Source: Chiloscyllium plagiosum (taxonomy: Eukaryota). From it: a stretch of 64,000 nucleotides of DNA. Positions 24,580 to 38,329 of the stretch are shown one piece after another (position 1 is the stretch's first letter; each line of letters starts with the position of its first letter). The notes under the pieces were generated by a model. It ran no database searches. It saw only the letters and a list, made by a program, of their open reading frames with translations, and was not told where the DNA came from. Location: positions 26,550,161 through 26,614,160 of the forward strand of contig NC_057749.1 of assembly GCF_004010195.1 (NCBI RefSeq), given 5' to 3'. A program made the translations under genes and the position numbers.

Positions 24580-27500
24580 GGGAGAAAAAACAAGAAGGGG
24601 AGTAAAAAAAAAAAAGATTGAACTACAGAAATTGACATTTAGATAGGAAAGCCAGCTTTACAGGATGAAGACAAAGGCAAGCTTAGTGAGGAAGAGAGTG
24701 AAGATGAACAAACCCATAGTAGTCAAAGGCCTGGTGAGAACTTTTTAAATATATTCAAGTTATTGCCTAAATTTGACGAGAAGGATGTGGAAGCCTTTTT
24801 CATCTCATTTGAAAAAGTAGCTAAACAAATGAGGTGGCCAGTGACCATGTGGGTTTTGTTGATCTGAACAAAACATGTAGAGCTAATGAGGTATTCACTT
24901 CACTATCAGAGGTGGTAGCTGGGGCGTATGAGGTAGTGAAGAAAGCCATCCTTACTATCGCAGGACACATTCTGGGATTTTTCCTGACTGTATGGTAATG
25001 AGGTCACAAAGCCACCAGTTGAAACAGGAGAGATCAAAAAGAGTACACTTAAGAAAGTTGAAGCGGAATTAGCAGAGACCCTGTTTGATCAGATGCTTGA
25101 GACAAGCCAGGAGCAGATAGATGACAATGCAGACATCTTTAGCTCAGAGAAATTAATTGAGTTACAGCAGAAAGATGACAACTTAAGTAATCGTATCAAA
25201 AGGCAGACAAAAAGAATCAGAATGTACCCCTGAATGTTATCTTAAAATAATGTCTTAATGAAGAAGTGGAGACCAACTTACATTCAAGTAGATAAGACCT
25301 GGACAGAAGTTCATCAAGTCATATTGCCAGTGGGTTACAGAAAGGAAGTGTTGTGAGTGGCACATGAACTACCACTAGGAGATCATTTGAGAGAGAGTGA
25401 GAAAAACTCAAGCCAAGACAAAAACATTTATACTGGCCTGGTCTGCACAAGGATGTAGTTGAATTTTGTCAGACGTGTCATACTGCCTGGAAAACCACAG
25501 GCAGTAATAAAACCTGAACCTTTAATACCTATTCCTGCATTTGAGGAACCTTTCACAAGAGTCTGGATTGATTGCGTAGGTCGCTACCTCAAACAAAAAG
25601 TGGGAATCAGTATTTGTTAACAATAATGGATGTGTTGATGAGATTTCCAGAGGTCATTCCATTACACAATATCATGCACAGCTAAAACTATTGGAGAGAG
25701 TTACTCAAGTTTTAGATATGGACTATCGACAGAGATACAATCAGATCAAGGGTCAAACTTCACATCAAAAATTATTCAAGTTATGGACAGCTTAGGAATA
25801 GAATTTAAATCTACTGTGTACCATCCAGAACCACAAGGAGTACTAGAAAGGTGGTATTAGACATTTACAGACCATGTCCTTCAGGGAAGGAAACGGTCAT
25901 CTTTACCTGATCTGGCCAACATGCGACTCCAGACCCACAGCAAAGTGCTCTCTGGACAATCAGGGATGGGCAGTAAATATTGGCACAGCAAAAGGACTCA
26001 TCCAATGAATGAATATCTAAAAAAAGTTGAGGGCATATAGTCAAGACTATCCAAATGATTGGGATAAGGGAATTCCATTTGTACCTTTGTGCCAAAGATG
26101 CACCAAATGAATCAACCAAATTCAGTCCATTGGAATTAGTTTGGCATGAAGTGAGGACCATTAAAATTGATTAAGAAAAAAATTGGCAAATTAAAATTCA
26201 GAGACCACATATGTGTCAAACTTTAGGGAACAATTAATTAGAGCTAGGGTGTTAGTTAGACAGCATTTAAAAGTATCACAGTATACAATGAAACAGGAAG
26301 CAGACAAGAAATCAAAAAAATTTGCAATTTTATCAGGGATAAGGTATTAGTGTTACTTCCAGTGATAGGTTAATCTTGAAGAGCAGTGGACCTTATCAAG
26401 TCAAAAAGAAATTGAAATGAGGAACTACTTGATGAGGACTCTCCAGACAGAAACAAATCTGTCATGTAAATATGCTCAAAAGATTTTTTTTGACAGGAAA
26501 GGAAAGCAAGAGGAGAATGTATTATTGATTACAACACAAAAGGAAGAATCAAGTTCAGAGAATTCTGAATTGGGCATTCCTCAAATTAAAATTGGACAGT
26601 GAGGAAATTGTCAAAACTTGGGATAAATTAATGCGTTACCTTCCAGAGGAGAATCAAAGTAACCTGAAAGAGTCATTACTATCACATGGGGAGATAAGTG
26701 GAAATAAGCTGCAAATTACCAAACCAATTATGCATGATGTAGATATAGGAAATGCTGTTCAGATCAAGCCACATCCTTATAGGCATAACCCTCTAAGGTT
26801 AGCACAGATTCAAAAAGAAATTGATGACAATCTCTTGACAGCAAGACAACATAATTGAAATGAGTTAGTGACTGGAGCTCACCCATAGTATTGGTGCCAT
26901 AACCAGATGGTACCTAACAGTTGTGCGGACCATCTCAAAATCAATGCAGTTAGTTACAAAGGCTGATGCATATAAGATTCAATGTTTGGAAGACTGTTGA
27001 AAAGATGGGACAAATAACTTATATTTCTAAGGTGGATTTCGTCAGAAGATAATGGTAGGTACTTTTGTCAGAAAGAACAAAGACAACTTCTGCTTTCATT
27101 ACACTGAATTGAATATCAGTTTAAAGTTGGCATGAAAAAGTGCACCAGCCACATTTCAGAGACTAACCAATAAGGTCATCAACAGAGTACCCAACTGCAT
27201 CACAGAATCGATGACCTGATGAATTTGAGTCACGCATAGAAGGAACATTTATCAAACTTGTTCGATCAACTTCAAAAAATGCAGGATTAAATGATAAACT
27301 GGGAAAAAAAGTGAAGTTGCCAGAGCTCAAGTCACCTTCCTGGACCATGTTGTTGGACATGGACAAGGACAAATGGCCCCCCAGGATGCAAAAATAAAAG
27401 GTAATTGGGGGACGTTTCCCATACTATCAAAAAGAGTTAGTATGGATCCTGAGATTGAGTGGATTTTATCAAAACTTTGTACCAAATTTTTAGTGTGGCT

Positions 27501-28790
27501 GCAGCCACTCACTGAATTGCTAAAAGGCAAGAAGTTTCTGTGGGCAGCCAACTGTCAGAAGCCATTTGACAGCCTGAAAGTGGTGTTAACCACTGCTAGT
27601 GTCAGACACCTAATTATGCAAAACCATTCAAGGTGGCAATTGATGCAAGTGACATGAGTGTCCATACGGAGCGAAGAAAAGAAAAAAGAAAAAGACCTAT
27701 CGGTTATTTCTCCGGGAAATTGAACATTCATAGACAGAAATATTCAACAGTTGAGAACGAGACTTTGAGCGGGGTGTTGGCATTGCAACATTTCAATGTT
27801 TATATTACCAGTAATGTATCGGAGATAACCATATACGCTGATCACAGCCCATTGAACCTTGGGAGAAATGCAAGGACAAAAATGCCAGACTGTTTAGATA
27901 GAGCTTGTTGTTACAGAAATTCTATTTGAAAATTATGCAGGTGGCAGGGTAAGAAAACATGATGGCTGACAATTGTCAAGACTTGAATGAGAAATAGAGG
28001 CATTCAATGGCAGGAGTACAACAGACTGAAATGAAATGTATTGTGCATGTTTATAGTTGATATAATATATAGGTGTGTTTAGAGTATAACATTTAGGTTT
28101 AAGGGGTTTTAAAAATGAAGCCATCTGTGAATATTAATGTTTCTCTTTTTTTAATAAAAAGAGGGAGGGGAAAGTTGATGAAGCTGTTCCTTTAACAAGG
28201 TTATGCTGTCCTCAGTCATAAATGACACAGACTCTGAAAAGTCTGTGGTTGTAGGGTTTCAGGGCCAATTTGATTATAGATGAAAGCCTTTTGCCTGAGG
28301 CAGTATCTGTTAAGTTTTAAAAAACACTTGTGCAATGAAAAGGAGAATGGCCAGTTCTCCCAGCTCAGTTTTTCTCTAGTTTGTTTTGGTTTTTAAAACC
28401 CAGTACTAGAGGAAAGAAGCTGCTGGACCCAAAAGAGCAGGTGCAGGCTGGTACTCACCTGACTTCTCTCCTGTAAGACCAGTGTTTGATTTTACCTTTT
28501 GTGCAAAGGGGTGTTTATGGGGACTGTTACAAATATTTGGAACAGCATCATTAAGTTGGTATAATCAGTTGGGTTTTCAGATAGGTTAAGTTATTTGGTA
28601 TTGTGTTCTCTTTCATTTTGTCATTCAGTAATCTTACAAATACATTATGTTTTGTTTAAAAACCAAGTGGTTTGAGCAGCAACATTTCTCCTGGAATATC
28701 CACATTATAACTTCAGTAATGGTTTGAAGCAGGTAAGGTCTGGGCTACTTTCCTGAAATGTTTTGAGGGGGTCTGGCCTGGTCCATAACC
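24580..28790 (+). mobile_element. Decayed Gmr1-like Ty3/Gypsy LTR retrotransposon (gag - integrase - RT - RNase H - PPT - 3' LTR)
   Basis: gag-like LLPKFDEKDVEAFFISFEKVAKQMRWP (about 24760-24840). Integrase HFYWPGLHKDVVEFCQTCH, PIPAFEEPF, IQSDQGSNF and YHPEPQG.LERW (about 25300-25860). RT IKPHPYR and WSSPIVLVP (about 26760-27350). RNase H DASD, PIGYFS.KL and YSTVE.E.L (about 27640-27850). Purine tract at 28156-28174, then LTR at about 28176-28790. No 5' LTR recognised. Confidence 0.85.
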
Positions 28791-28986
28791 AGTATTCCTA
28801 GTGTTTGATCTGTAACCATTATACTTATGTGGCTAGTCCAGTTCAATTTCTAGTTAATGATCACTTCCAACATGTTAATAGCAAGGATATAGTCAAGTTA
28901 AGAGATCAAAGAAAAACGTCAACTAGAATTTTTAAAATGGAAAAGAAAAACTGGTTTGCATTTAAACTACTCAGGTGAAAAGATGA

Positions 28987-28992
28987 TTTATT
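28987..28992 (-). terminator. Candidate polyadenylation signal of the uroplakin-like gene
   Basis: AATAAA on the minus strand about 190 nt after the stop codon. Confidence 0.45.
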
Positions 28993-29179
28993 TTGTCCAT
29001 TCACTCAGTACAAGGGTTCAACATGAAGCTATTAAAAGAAAAACAAGTTTGTTCTATTTTTTCCCACAATGAATCTGCCAAATCTAATTAGCAACAATTC
29101 AAACTTTTAAAACATAGATTGCTTCTGGAACTGTCAGATTAGTGTCCACCACTGATCAAATGCACTCCATCAGAATAAC

Positions 29180-29325
29180 TTAATTCCACCTGTCTGAGAT
29201 AGTAACAGTGAGCCCAACAAGCAGGATGAAAATGGTTACAGTCAGGAGCACTGTGATCACAATCATGGCACCTGACTGCATGCCAACATTCCAAACCTGG
29301 ATAGAGTGATAGGATGGAGGGTCAT
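29180..29325 (-). CDS. Uroplakin-2-like gene, last coding exon (transmembrane helix, very short tail)
   Basis: Strong acceptor T10CTTTCTGCAG|. Translates (D)DPPSYHSIQVWNVGMQSGAMIVITVLLTVTIFILLVGLTVTISDRWN*. SGAMIVITVLL matches the UPK2/3 juxtamembrane signature (S/T)G.M(I/V)VIT. Confidence 0.88.
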
Positions 29326-31044
29326 CTGCAGAAAGAAAAAAAAAATGAAGATCAAGTTAGTGCTCTGGTTTCAGAGAATGTTTGGAAGGAAACCTCAAAT
29401 CAGATTTCTGCAAGTATTTTCAACTTCAAATATGCAGTTTAAACAAAGGGTAATAAGAACAGACAAATGGAATAAGGAAAATGTGAAATTGTTCATTTTG
29501 GCAGGAAATGGACAAAAACCACTGCATTTTAATCAGAGACCTGGGTGTCCCAGTGCATGAATAGCAAGTGTTAGTAGGGAGGTACAGCAAGTAAATCAGG
29601 TAACCTAATAGAATATTTGCATTTATTGAAATGGGGGGGGGGGGGGGGGAAAGGGCATTGAGTATAAGTGTATGAGCTTATGCTGCAGTTATACAGAGCA
29701 TTACAGAGACCTCATCAAGAGTACTCAAAATAGTGTCAAATCACGACTTAAAGTAATATTAGAAGTATTTCAAAAGAATGTTATAACAGGTTGGACTGTA
29801 CCTTTAAAAAAAAAATCAGAGGGGTAATGACAGACTAAACAAAGAATGTTTCTTGTGGAGTAATCTAGAACTAGGGTCACTAAAATTAGGGATCACACAT
29901 TTTAAGGGAAAGGGGTGACGTTGGAAGGTCATGGGCATTTGGAATTCTTGCAGGGGCAAAGTGGGTGAAAGCAGAGTCTTTGAATTTAAGGAAAACATGA
30001 ATACATTCCAGAGTGAAAAAAGGCAGAAATGTAGTTTGGGGTTACAGATTAACCATGACTTTACTGAAATGGTGGTGAAGGCACAAGGGACTGAATGGTC
30101 TAATCCTGATTTATTTAGGTGTTCATAAACAGAGGATGAAGGGGAAAATTTAGATTTAGATTTAAAACGGCACAGATTCTCTTAGCTAGAGACACAGAAC
30201 CATAAAAAGTGCAGAAGGGGGATCTTTGCCCTACTTGTCCTCACCAATCCATGAATGCCCAGATGCTCTCTCTAATCCTATCTTTAGGAACATAGCCCAT
30301 AGCCCTGCAGCTTACAGTACTTAAGGTGGAGATCAAAGTATTTTTTAAAAGTTAGTTTCTCTACCTATACCAGCTCAGGTAGTGAATTACATACTCATCC
30401 TCTGCATAAAAAAAACCTAACATTCCTCTCATCCCCTCTAATCCTTCTGCCACTTGGCTTGAATTTATGATTTCCAGCTTTTGAACTTTGCCAAGGGAAA
30501 CAAATTCCTCCAGCCTACTATCTACCCCTCAATCTTGTCAGTGTTCAAAAGGAAAAACCAATCTGTTTTCATAACTGCAATTAGAGGCCTGGCAACATTC
30601 TAGTTAGTCTTTTCAAGTTTACCAAATCATTTTTATCCTTCTGTAATGTGGTGACCAGTACTGCACAACATTCCAGACATTGCCTTGCTAGGGTGTTGTA
30701 TAGTTGCATCATTATATCCTACTTTTGTATTCTATATTTTTAGAAATAAAGGAAAACATTCCATATGCTTTTAAAAAAAGCAATCTTACCTATTCTGCTT
30801 TCTTTAGCAATGTATTTGCACACCAACATCGCTCACACCATCTATCCCACAGTATGTTCCTATTTATTATGTATTCCCTTTTACTGGTTGACCTCTCTAA
30901 ATGCATTACCTCACACTTCATTGAACTCCATCTGTCACCTCTCTGCCCACTCCACCAACCCATCAATGCCATTATGTTAAAAAATAAGCCAACTGGTGTC
31001 TCAACAAATTAATCACAATTGTAACCACCAAAATTTCAACTTAC

Positions 31045-31121
31045 CGCGAGTAGTTATAGCATCAGACCACGAAGTGACCACAAGACGTTTTGCAGAGGAA
31101 TCCAAAATGATGTACCGAATC
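31045..31121 (-). CDS. Uroplakin-2-like gene, coding exon 4
   Basis: Acceptor TTTTCAAAATTAG|. Translates (R)IRYIILDSSAKRLVVTSWSDAITTR+G. Donor |GTAAGT. Matches the uroplakin RVK(Y/F)...T.WS.PI pattern. Confidence 0.85.
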
Positions 31122-33011
31122 CTAATTTTGAAAAAAAAGTGGTCTTTCAGTAACATCCCAATTTAACTATTCCAAATATAGTTGGGATTTATAAAATCTA
31201 GGAATAACAAATGCTATGACCAAAAAAAGAGAGATTAGGAAGGAAGTGATTGCATGAGAGAGGGTACAGGGATTTCCTCAGCTGCTGCTAGGCTGGAGGG
31301 TCTGAACTAGGAGAAGAGCGAAAACAACAGCGTTATTTTACTTGGGCCAGCAAAGGCTGAAGGGCATGGATAGGAAAGCACTTTGCCATTGTCAGGAGGG
31401 GTCAATAACTAGAGACAAAAATAATGCAGAGGCTAAGGAGATATAATTTTCACTAAGAGACTGACAGGAGATTGGAACTCTGCCCGATAGTATGGGTCAA
31501 ATTTTTGTAGGATTTAAACTTAAAATATTCACCATTTCCATAGCCCCCAGGAATACAGCCAAACATTGGAAAATGGAGTTAGCGGAGTCCGACCTTTGAT
31601 CAGCGTAGACCTGATTAGCAAAATGGCCTCTTATGCTCTGTAGATGGCTTAAAAGCCTTGTGACAGTGGTAGTTTCTTTACCCCTAGGCAGAGGCCCAGG
31701 CTCAAGGCCCACCTGCTCCACAAGCTGTGTGTCATAACATCTTTGATTAGAAAAAAAAGTCAAGAATTAAAATGAACAATACCACAGAGGATTTGGTGAT
31801 GAAAAAAAAAATACCAGTCTTTAGCCTTGTTAGGAGACAAGCATCAGATACAGTTGAACCCACTGGCTCTAGAAGCTATGGACTGCCCAAGGTTGGATGG
31901 CTCAGGAAGCAGCTCCTGGCCACAAAGTAGAAAGCATTCGGCCTTTGTATCCTACTTTACTTGTTGTAGCCAGTGTCTGCCATGGTAAGGCAGACCTAGT
32001 GTTGACAGACCATTAAGACCTGAGTAATGACAAAAAATCTCCCATGAGATTTAAAAAAGTTTTGAATAGGTTGAAGACTCAAACCTCCATCTGAAAAAAA
32101 AACCCAGCAAAATGTGAAAGCAACAACTCAAACACCTGCTGAAAAAGAAAAGATTAAACCTTTGGAACTTGGCAGGCATTTGAAGCAGCAATACCTTACT
32201 CAGTTGGTGGCAAACCTCCATTCAAGCTGGATGCTAGACCAGATGGCCTGTCAAGACAGTCCAACTAGTTAATATCTGTACAGGGAGAGCTGGTTTCTTT
32301 CAACCCTTCCTCAGTTTAAAAACTTGTAGAGAAACAATTATGACAGATGTTTTCCACATCAACATTTTGGTCAACTCATTTTACAAGTTTCATGCTCTAG
32401 TTAGAGCAAATCAGATTATGTCACGTTTGACATTAACATTAATGTTTAGGGACCTGTTGAGTTTAGGATTATGAGAGAATAGCATCTTTCCTCTTTCAAT
32501 TTAGTCCAAAAATAGATTTGTTAGAATGGGAAAGGACATTCTTCCAAGCCAGCTAACTTTCAGAAATGGGTAAAAAAGTTTTCCCAACTGAAAAATCTAA
32601 CCCCACTTCAAGTGACAAGCAGCCAGTTCGCTTGCAGCAGAATAGGAAGAATCTAAAAGTACAATCTAGCCCTTCAACCCAGCCACTCCATGTTGGTAAG
32701 CTTTCTCCCATCTGATCATCATAACGCTCCATTTCTCTTTCACTAGTCTAGCTTCCTCCTCAAATAAATCTGTCATATCCTTCAAATAGTGGTAGCAAGT
32801 TCAGCTTTCTAATTTTCTGGGTTAAAAAACCTTTTTCAAATTCAGTTTTTTGGGCAACTGGTTGTTCTGGCTACTAAAGCCTTCTACATTTACAATGTAA
32901 TAAGCAAAAATTACAAAACATTGCTTCATTTTGGCATATATTTTAGGATTAGTTTTATGGAACTGAGACACTCATTTTACAATAAGTTCATTTTTTAGTT
33001 GGGACACCTAC

Positions 33012-33165
33012 CTGAAGGCCTGTCCTGGTAATACATGTTCAATGCAGCTGCCATTCCTGCAAGCAATACTAGGTCCCATTCGATAGGCAGGTTCTGTTGG
33101 CTCAGGGGAGGAGTGGGTGCAAGGAGGTATGGAGTACTTCCGGGTCAAGACAAAAGTGTTATTAT
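33012..33165 (-). CDS. Uroplakin-2-like gene, coding exon 3
   Basis: Acceptor TTTAACAG|. Translates (D)NNTFVLTRKYSIPPCTHSSPEPTEPAYRMGPSIACRNGSCIEHVLPGQAF+AG. Donor |GTAGGT. IPPC is UPK2-like; the YRMG..C....C...LPG..FR loop is UPK3-like. Confidence 0.85.
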
Positions 33166-34598
33166 CTGTTAAATTAAATTGAATTTGTTAAAGAGCAAAA
33201 GAAATATAGTAGATGCTGGAGATCTGAAATTAAGTAAAAGCAGCAAAGAATCTCAGGTTTCACAGGATCTGTTGAGGGTATTAGTTAACATTCAGTCTAA
33301 TATCAAATAAAAAACACCTTTGGGCTCAAAATATTCTCTCTACAGATGCTGCCAAACCTGCCAATTTTCTCAATCATCTGATTTTGAAACAAATTTGGGA
33401 ATAAACACTTCACTTTATGGTGGACATTTTTTATTTTTAAATTTTCTGCAAATCAAAAATAAATGTTACTAACAGATTACTCCAGCAGCAACTTATGATA
33501 AGTCAGCAATACAAATGATTCCCAAACACATGGGTAAAGAGAATGGACTGTGAACAAAAATCTGTGGAGTGAAATGTAGGATGGAAAATTGAAAATTGTC
33601 CATTTTTGGCAAAAAAAAAGGATTGTCTGAATGGAAACCAGTTATTTAACAAAAGGTGCAGAGAGATCTGCATGTCCTATTGAATCAAGTCAAAAGGTTA
33701 GTATGTGCATACAGCAAGTAACTAGGGAAGCTAGTACAATGTTCTCATTTGAGGTGGGTTTGGAATACAAGAGTAAGTGCTTGTGCTTCAGTTATAGTAT
33801 TCTGGTTGTAGTTTCATTATTTAAGGAAGGACATTGTATTGGAAGCAGTTCAGAGAAGATTTACGAGACAAACCTGGAATGGGCAGGTTGTCTTAGGGGA
33901 AAAAGGACAGACAGGTTGGGCCTGTACCAGCTGGCAATGATTAAGAGACAACTTGATTGAAGCAAGAATCCCAAGGGGTCTGGACAGGTTGGATATTATA
34001 AAGATGCTTCCCCTTGATGGAAGTATGTAGACTGAGTAGAGTCACTCATTTAAAATAACTGAAAAGTGTGTCATGAATCTTTGGAACCCTTTTCAAGGGA
34101 ACAAACTGTTGGAGTAGAGTAGAGTATCTTTAGGTCAAAAGTGGATAGGTTCTTAATTAGCAAAAAGGATAAAATAAATTTTTCAGGATCGGGTGGGAAC
34201 ATGGATCAGAGGTCACAAATAAATGAGCCACATCTTAATGTCACAGCAAGTTTGATGGGCTACTCTAGCTCCTGTTAGCCAGGTTATACCGGCATTTTTT
34301 AAAAATCATAGCATCATGCAAAAACAACTGTTTTGGAAAATTCTGTCCATTTCATAAGCTTGGCACTGTGTCTAATTCTTTGTCAAAAACCATAAATACT
34401 ATTCTTGAAGGATTTGTTTTAAAACTGCTGTTCATTGCTGGACAAGTTAAAAACTCATGCTCAGAATTAGAAAATTAACCAATAATTGTTGGGTACAGTG
34501 AAATTCAGCCATGTATACCATGAACATTTCTACAGTGTCTTTCATGACTATGATGTTCATACTTAGAAGACAAATATTTCAGCTTACAGCATTTTTAC

Positions 34599-34760
34599 CT
34601 TCTCTCAAGACCTCAACAGTAATGGATGTGGAGGAACGATCAGTGATGCTCTGGCTAGATGTCTGTGCAGCCCACGTTTCAAACAGACAATGAGCAGGTT
34701 GTAACCAAACCAATGTAGCAAGTCGTGACAAGTCACCATTGCAAGGGACAATATTGTAAT
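34599..34760 (-). CDS. Uroplakin-2-like gene, coding exon 2
   Basis: Acceptor ATTTTTCAG|. Translates (D)YNIVPCNGDLSRLATLVWLQPAHCLFETWAAQTSSQSITDRSSTSITVEVLRE+G. Donor |GTAAAA. Resembles the UPK2 start DFNI...LPPCHL. Confidence 0.8.
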
Positions 34761-35205
34761 CTGAAAAATAATGTGCAACTCATAATGAAGGTGGAGATAC
34801 AGTTGAGGCCAAGTGCTAATAAAGCAGTTGTAAAAGCCTATATTAGCTAAAAATGGAAACTGCTAAACATGAACATAAAGCAAGAGTCATTTAAATCTTA
34901 TATTTATTTTTAAAACCTATCGCGGTCTTGGGGTCATGACATTCAGCCCATCAAGCCTAACCTACCATTCAATCCCTTCAGTGACTTTTACTCAATCCTT
35001 ATTACTAATAACCCTTTACAATATTGCTGTACAGGTAACTTGCTACTTTGAAAGCTCAATCTCTAGGTTTATAGCCCCCAGTGAAGACTCAACCCTCCAA
35101 ATGTTTAGATCTCAGATCCAAGTGGTATTCCCTTCATTCTTGAAAATTTTAGCCTTGGCTCTAGATATCATAACTAATCATCTACAGAATATATTTTATA
35201 GTTAG

Positions 35206-36117
35206 TGTTATGATCCAGATACATTACAGATAGTTGAAAGCCCTGTTATTTACTGAAAGGGCACAGCCTCAAGGGTCTATTTCACTCATGTACCAGACAA
35301 GGTAGTGGCAAATGGAAGTAGTTTTTCTATACATGGACAGAAGATGTGGCTGTGTTATAGTGTTTTCCCTTCCAAAAAGGGACAGGGAGGTATTTTCATC
35401 AAAAGTTTAAAAAGCCACAATTAAAAAAAGTGATTTAAAATTAGACATCCAGTTTATTCATACACTTAAATTCAAAGTGGAGATAGGCAGTATTGGGACA
35501 AAGTAGAAAACATTTAAAAATATGTTAATTAAAAGCACAGATACTACTGTAGAGTTAACTCATTTTTAAGAGAGGCTAATGCCTAGTGAGGGTCCTTTCC
35601 TACAGGAATCGTTAGAGGTATTTAATCGCACCAATGCAGAGTTGAGAAAAGTGCTAGTAATGTAAGAGGCTTGTGTAGAGAGAGACCTGGTCCATTTGTC
35701 ATTTGAAAACAGACAGACAAAGAGAGGTTTATGTTAGGAAAAAAAAGGCTTCAAAAGGCTGGACTTACAGGCTACTGACTTGGGTCAGAAGTACACTGGA
35801 TGTTACTAGCTAGTTAGCTTCTCCATTAGCGAGGAGCGAGCGAAAGCAAGAACAGCAGTGACAGAAGAAAGAAGTTACAAAACTCTTTTCAAAGACCAGA
35901 TCACCTTGAAAACAACCGAAGTTGACCTTAAAAGGTCTATTGAAAGTGGATAATCAATATAGCCATTATTTATTTAGATTTAGTTTTAGTTTATAGTTAT
36001 TATTTATTTCATAAGTTTATTAGTATCTTAGTTTCAAAGGTTATAATTAAGGGAGCAATAAAACAAGTGAAATTTAGCACAAGATCAATCACCTGCAAAC
36101 AGAACCGCACCATAACC
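35206..36117 (+). mobile_element. Possible solo LTR in coding intron 1 of the uroplakin-like gene
   Basis: Inverted termini TGTTATG...CATAACC and an AATAAA near the 3' end (about 36056). No convincing TSD. Confidence 0.35.
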
Positions 36118-36161
36118 CATTCAGATCACAACATTATACTATCTTATTCAGAGCTTCTTAC

Positions 36162-36237
36162 CTACAAGAAGTTGTGAATTACAGCAACAGAACATCAACA
36201 GAAAACCAGCCACCCTCCTTACAAATACTTGCATCAT
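36162..36237 (-). CDS. Uroplakin-2-like gene, coding exon 1 (signal peptide)
   Basis: Translates MMQVFVRRVAGFLLMFCCCNSQLLV+G with donor |GTAAGA. 76 nt, phase 1, matching the next exon. Basic-then-hydrophobic signal-like sequence. Confidence 0.7.
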
Positions 36238-38329
36238 TACTACACCCAAACAAAATAACATTAGAGTAGGCTTTGTCCCTCCTCAATTTATTCTGTCTAT
36301 GATTAACCAGATTCACCTGTCAAATGTGGATCAGCAGCAAATCACACAGATTTTAATCAGGACTGCCTCACATAGGTCACTGCTGATATTGGGCACCAAG
36401 GGAAAAGTATTTTATTGACTTCCATATCCAATGTTGTCTTAGTGCCTTACATTTGAATCCAGTAACTCTGGGTTCAAATCCTTCTCTAAGTTTGTAGGTA
36501 GCAGAAAGAAAATTTCCAAAGTGGTTTAAACAAGTTGTTTAACCACTGAATGAACATTTAAAACTTCCTCACTGTTTCTCAAGAGAAAGAATGAGTACAT
36601 CAAATAAAACAAACATGAAGTTGTTCAATTTAATTCAGATTATTCATGGTGGCTTTTTAAAAAGAGCAGGGCATGATAACAGCACCTGTTAAACATTAAG
36701 ATAAAAGAAGTAGACCTCCCATTCCAACTCTATTTTGATTGAATCCCCTTTCTCCTGCATCTTTGGTGTTATTGCACAGCTCTTGGTGGGTTTTGAAGGT
36801 GAATTGGTTGACTGGAAATGCTGAGGTGATTTAGTGCTGGCTAAAGCTATGAGGTTAAAGTCCCACCTGATAGCTTTGTTATGGGCAGTCTATAATGTCC
36901 CACCTAATGACACCATGTTAATGTGTGTCATTAACATCTCTGAACAGGTTAATTGGAAAATATCTATCCTGTTCTACCATGACTGGTAGCCTGTTTAAAG
37001 CTTACTCAGGGGCCATGTTTTTCTGAGACTATTGAAGGGATATTATTAGGGCTGTTGAGACACATTGGTAGTGTCCCTCCAGAGAAATATAATAATACAT
37101 GAGCAGGTTGGTTAGGAATATATCTAGACCAATTGTGAGAGGGCTCTTGTAGTGTGGTGGTAATATTGCTCTCTCTAAGCTGGGAGGCCAGACTTAAGTC
37201 CAACATTCTCCAGAAGTGTGTCATGCTGTTGCTGAACAGGCTGATTCAAAATATTTAGCCAAATATAAGCTCTACATCACTAAACTAAAACATAGTAGGC
37301 CTCGCCATTAAGAAAATATTCCATCCAAAATAAAATGATGAAATGTGAGTTAAAAGGAAATGTTCAGTCCATATTGTGCAGTATTCACTGTTCCCTACAC
37401 TCTCATCCACAGCTCAGAACAGTGTCCAGGAATCCTACTGACCATCTTCAACTGAGTCCAATAAATGAAGGTTTTAGTCAGACCTACATGAGGGTCCTCT
37501 ACCCACTATCTCTTCTCAGCAGGTAGCTAAAAGTGAAGAAATACAGAAAACTGCTGAGAAGCAGCAGTCTTATTTACTATCCAATCTATTGCATTCATCA
37601 CTCATCCACTTGTAGGCCTGCAGTTCTCAAACATTTTTCAAATCCTTTTCAAATGGTTGAGTTTCTAAATTATAATATATAGTTCAGCTTTAGCTCAGGG
37701 ATTTGAATATGGTCATTTAGACATTTAAATCAGTCAGAGGTAGGCAGTCTATAATGTCTACAGTCTGGGGACTGAGCCACAGTCAGTCCTTCAGGACCAG
37801 TACACCCAGTCCAGGGAATCATGGTAAGTCTGTCAGGCTGCAGAGAGATCTGTCCAGAATCTGGTCACCCATCAGGGCTCACCTTCAAAGTTGGTCATGG
37901 AGGTACTGGTCAGTCCTGAACAATAACAAATCTTCTGCTAACCTCTACATTAGAGATAGAATAACATTTCTTCAAACAGAGTTCGAGCATGTTATGGTGC
38001 TTAGGCCAGTAACATAAATACTTTGATTCTCATAGTTGTAGTTCCAGTGATCAGGCAGATATTGATGTAAGTTAACAACAGATTTACGAATGTGAGATTC
38101 TACTTGCCATAAAGTGTCATCCGTGCCACTGAACAGCCTTCAGAAACTTTCCTCTCACTCTATGTACTGCGAAGGGCTATTTGTGTCAGGCAGTGACTGA
38201 TCCAATGCCTAGCTGGGTTTAAATATGGCACCAACAGTGCAAATCATGGAAGGTCATTGAAGGCCCTTCAATAGGATCATGATCTGACAATCCTCAAGTC
38301 CATTTTCCTGATCTTTCTCCATAATTGCT

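Noticed and set aside
34582..34590. Alternative donor GCT|GTAAGC for uroplakin-like exon 2
   Set aside because: Phase 0 would frameshift exon 3; the G|GTAAAA donor keeps frame.
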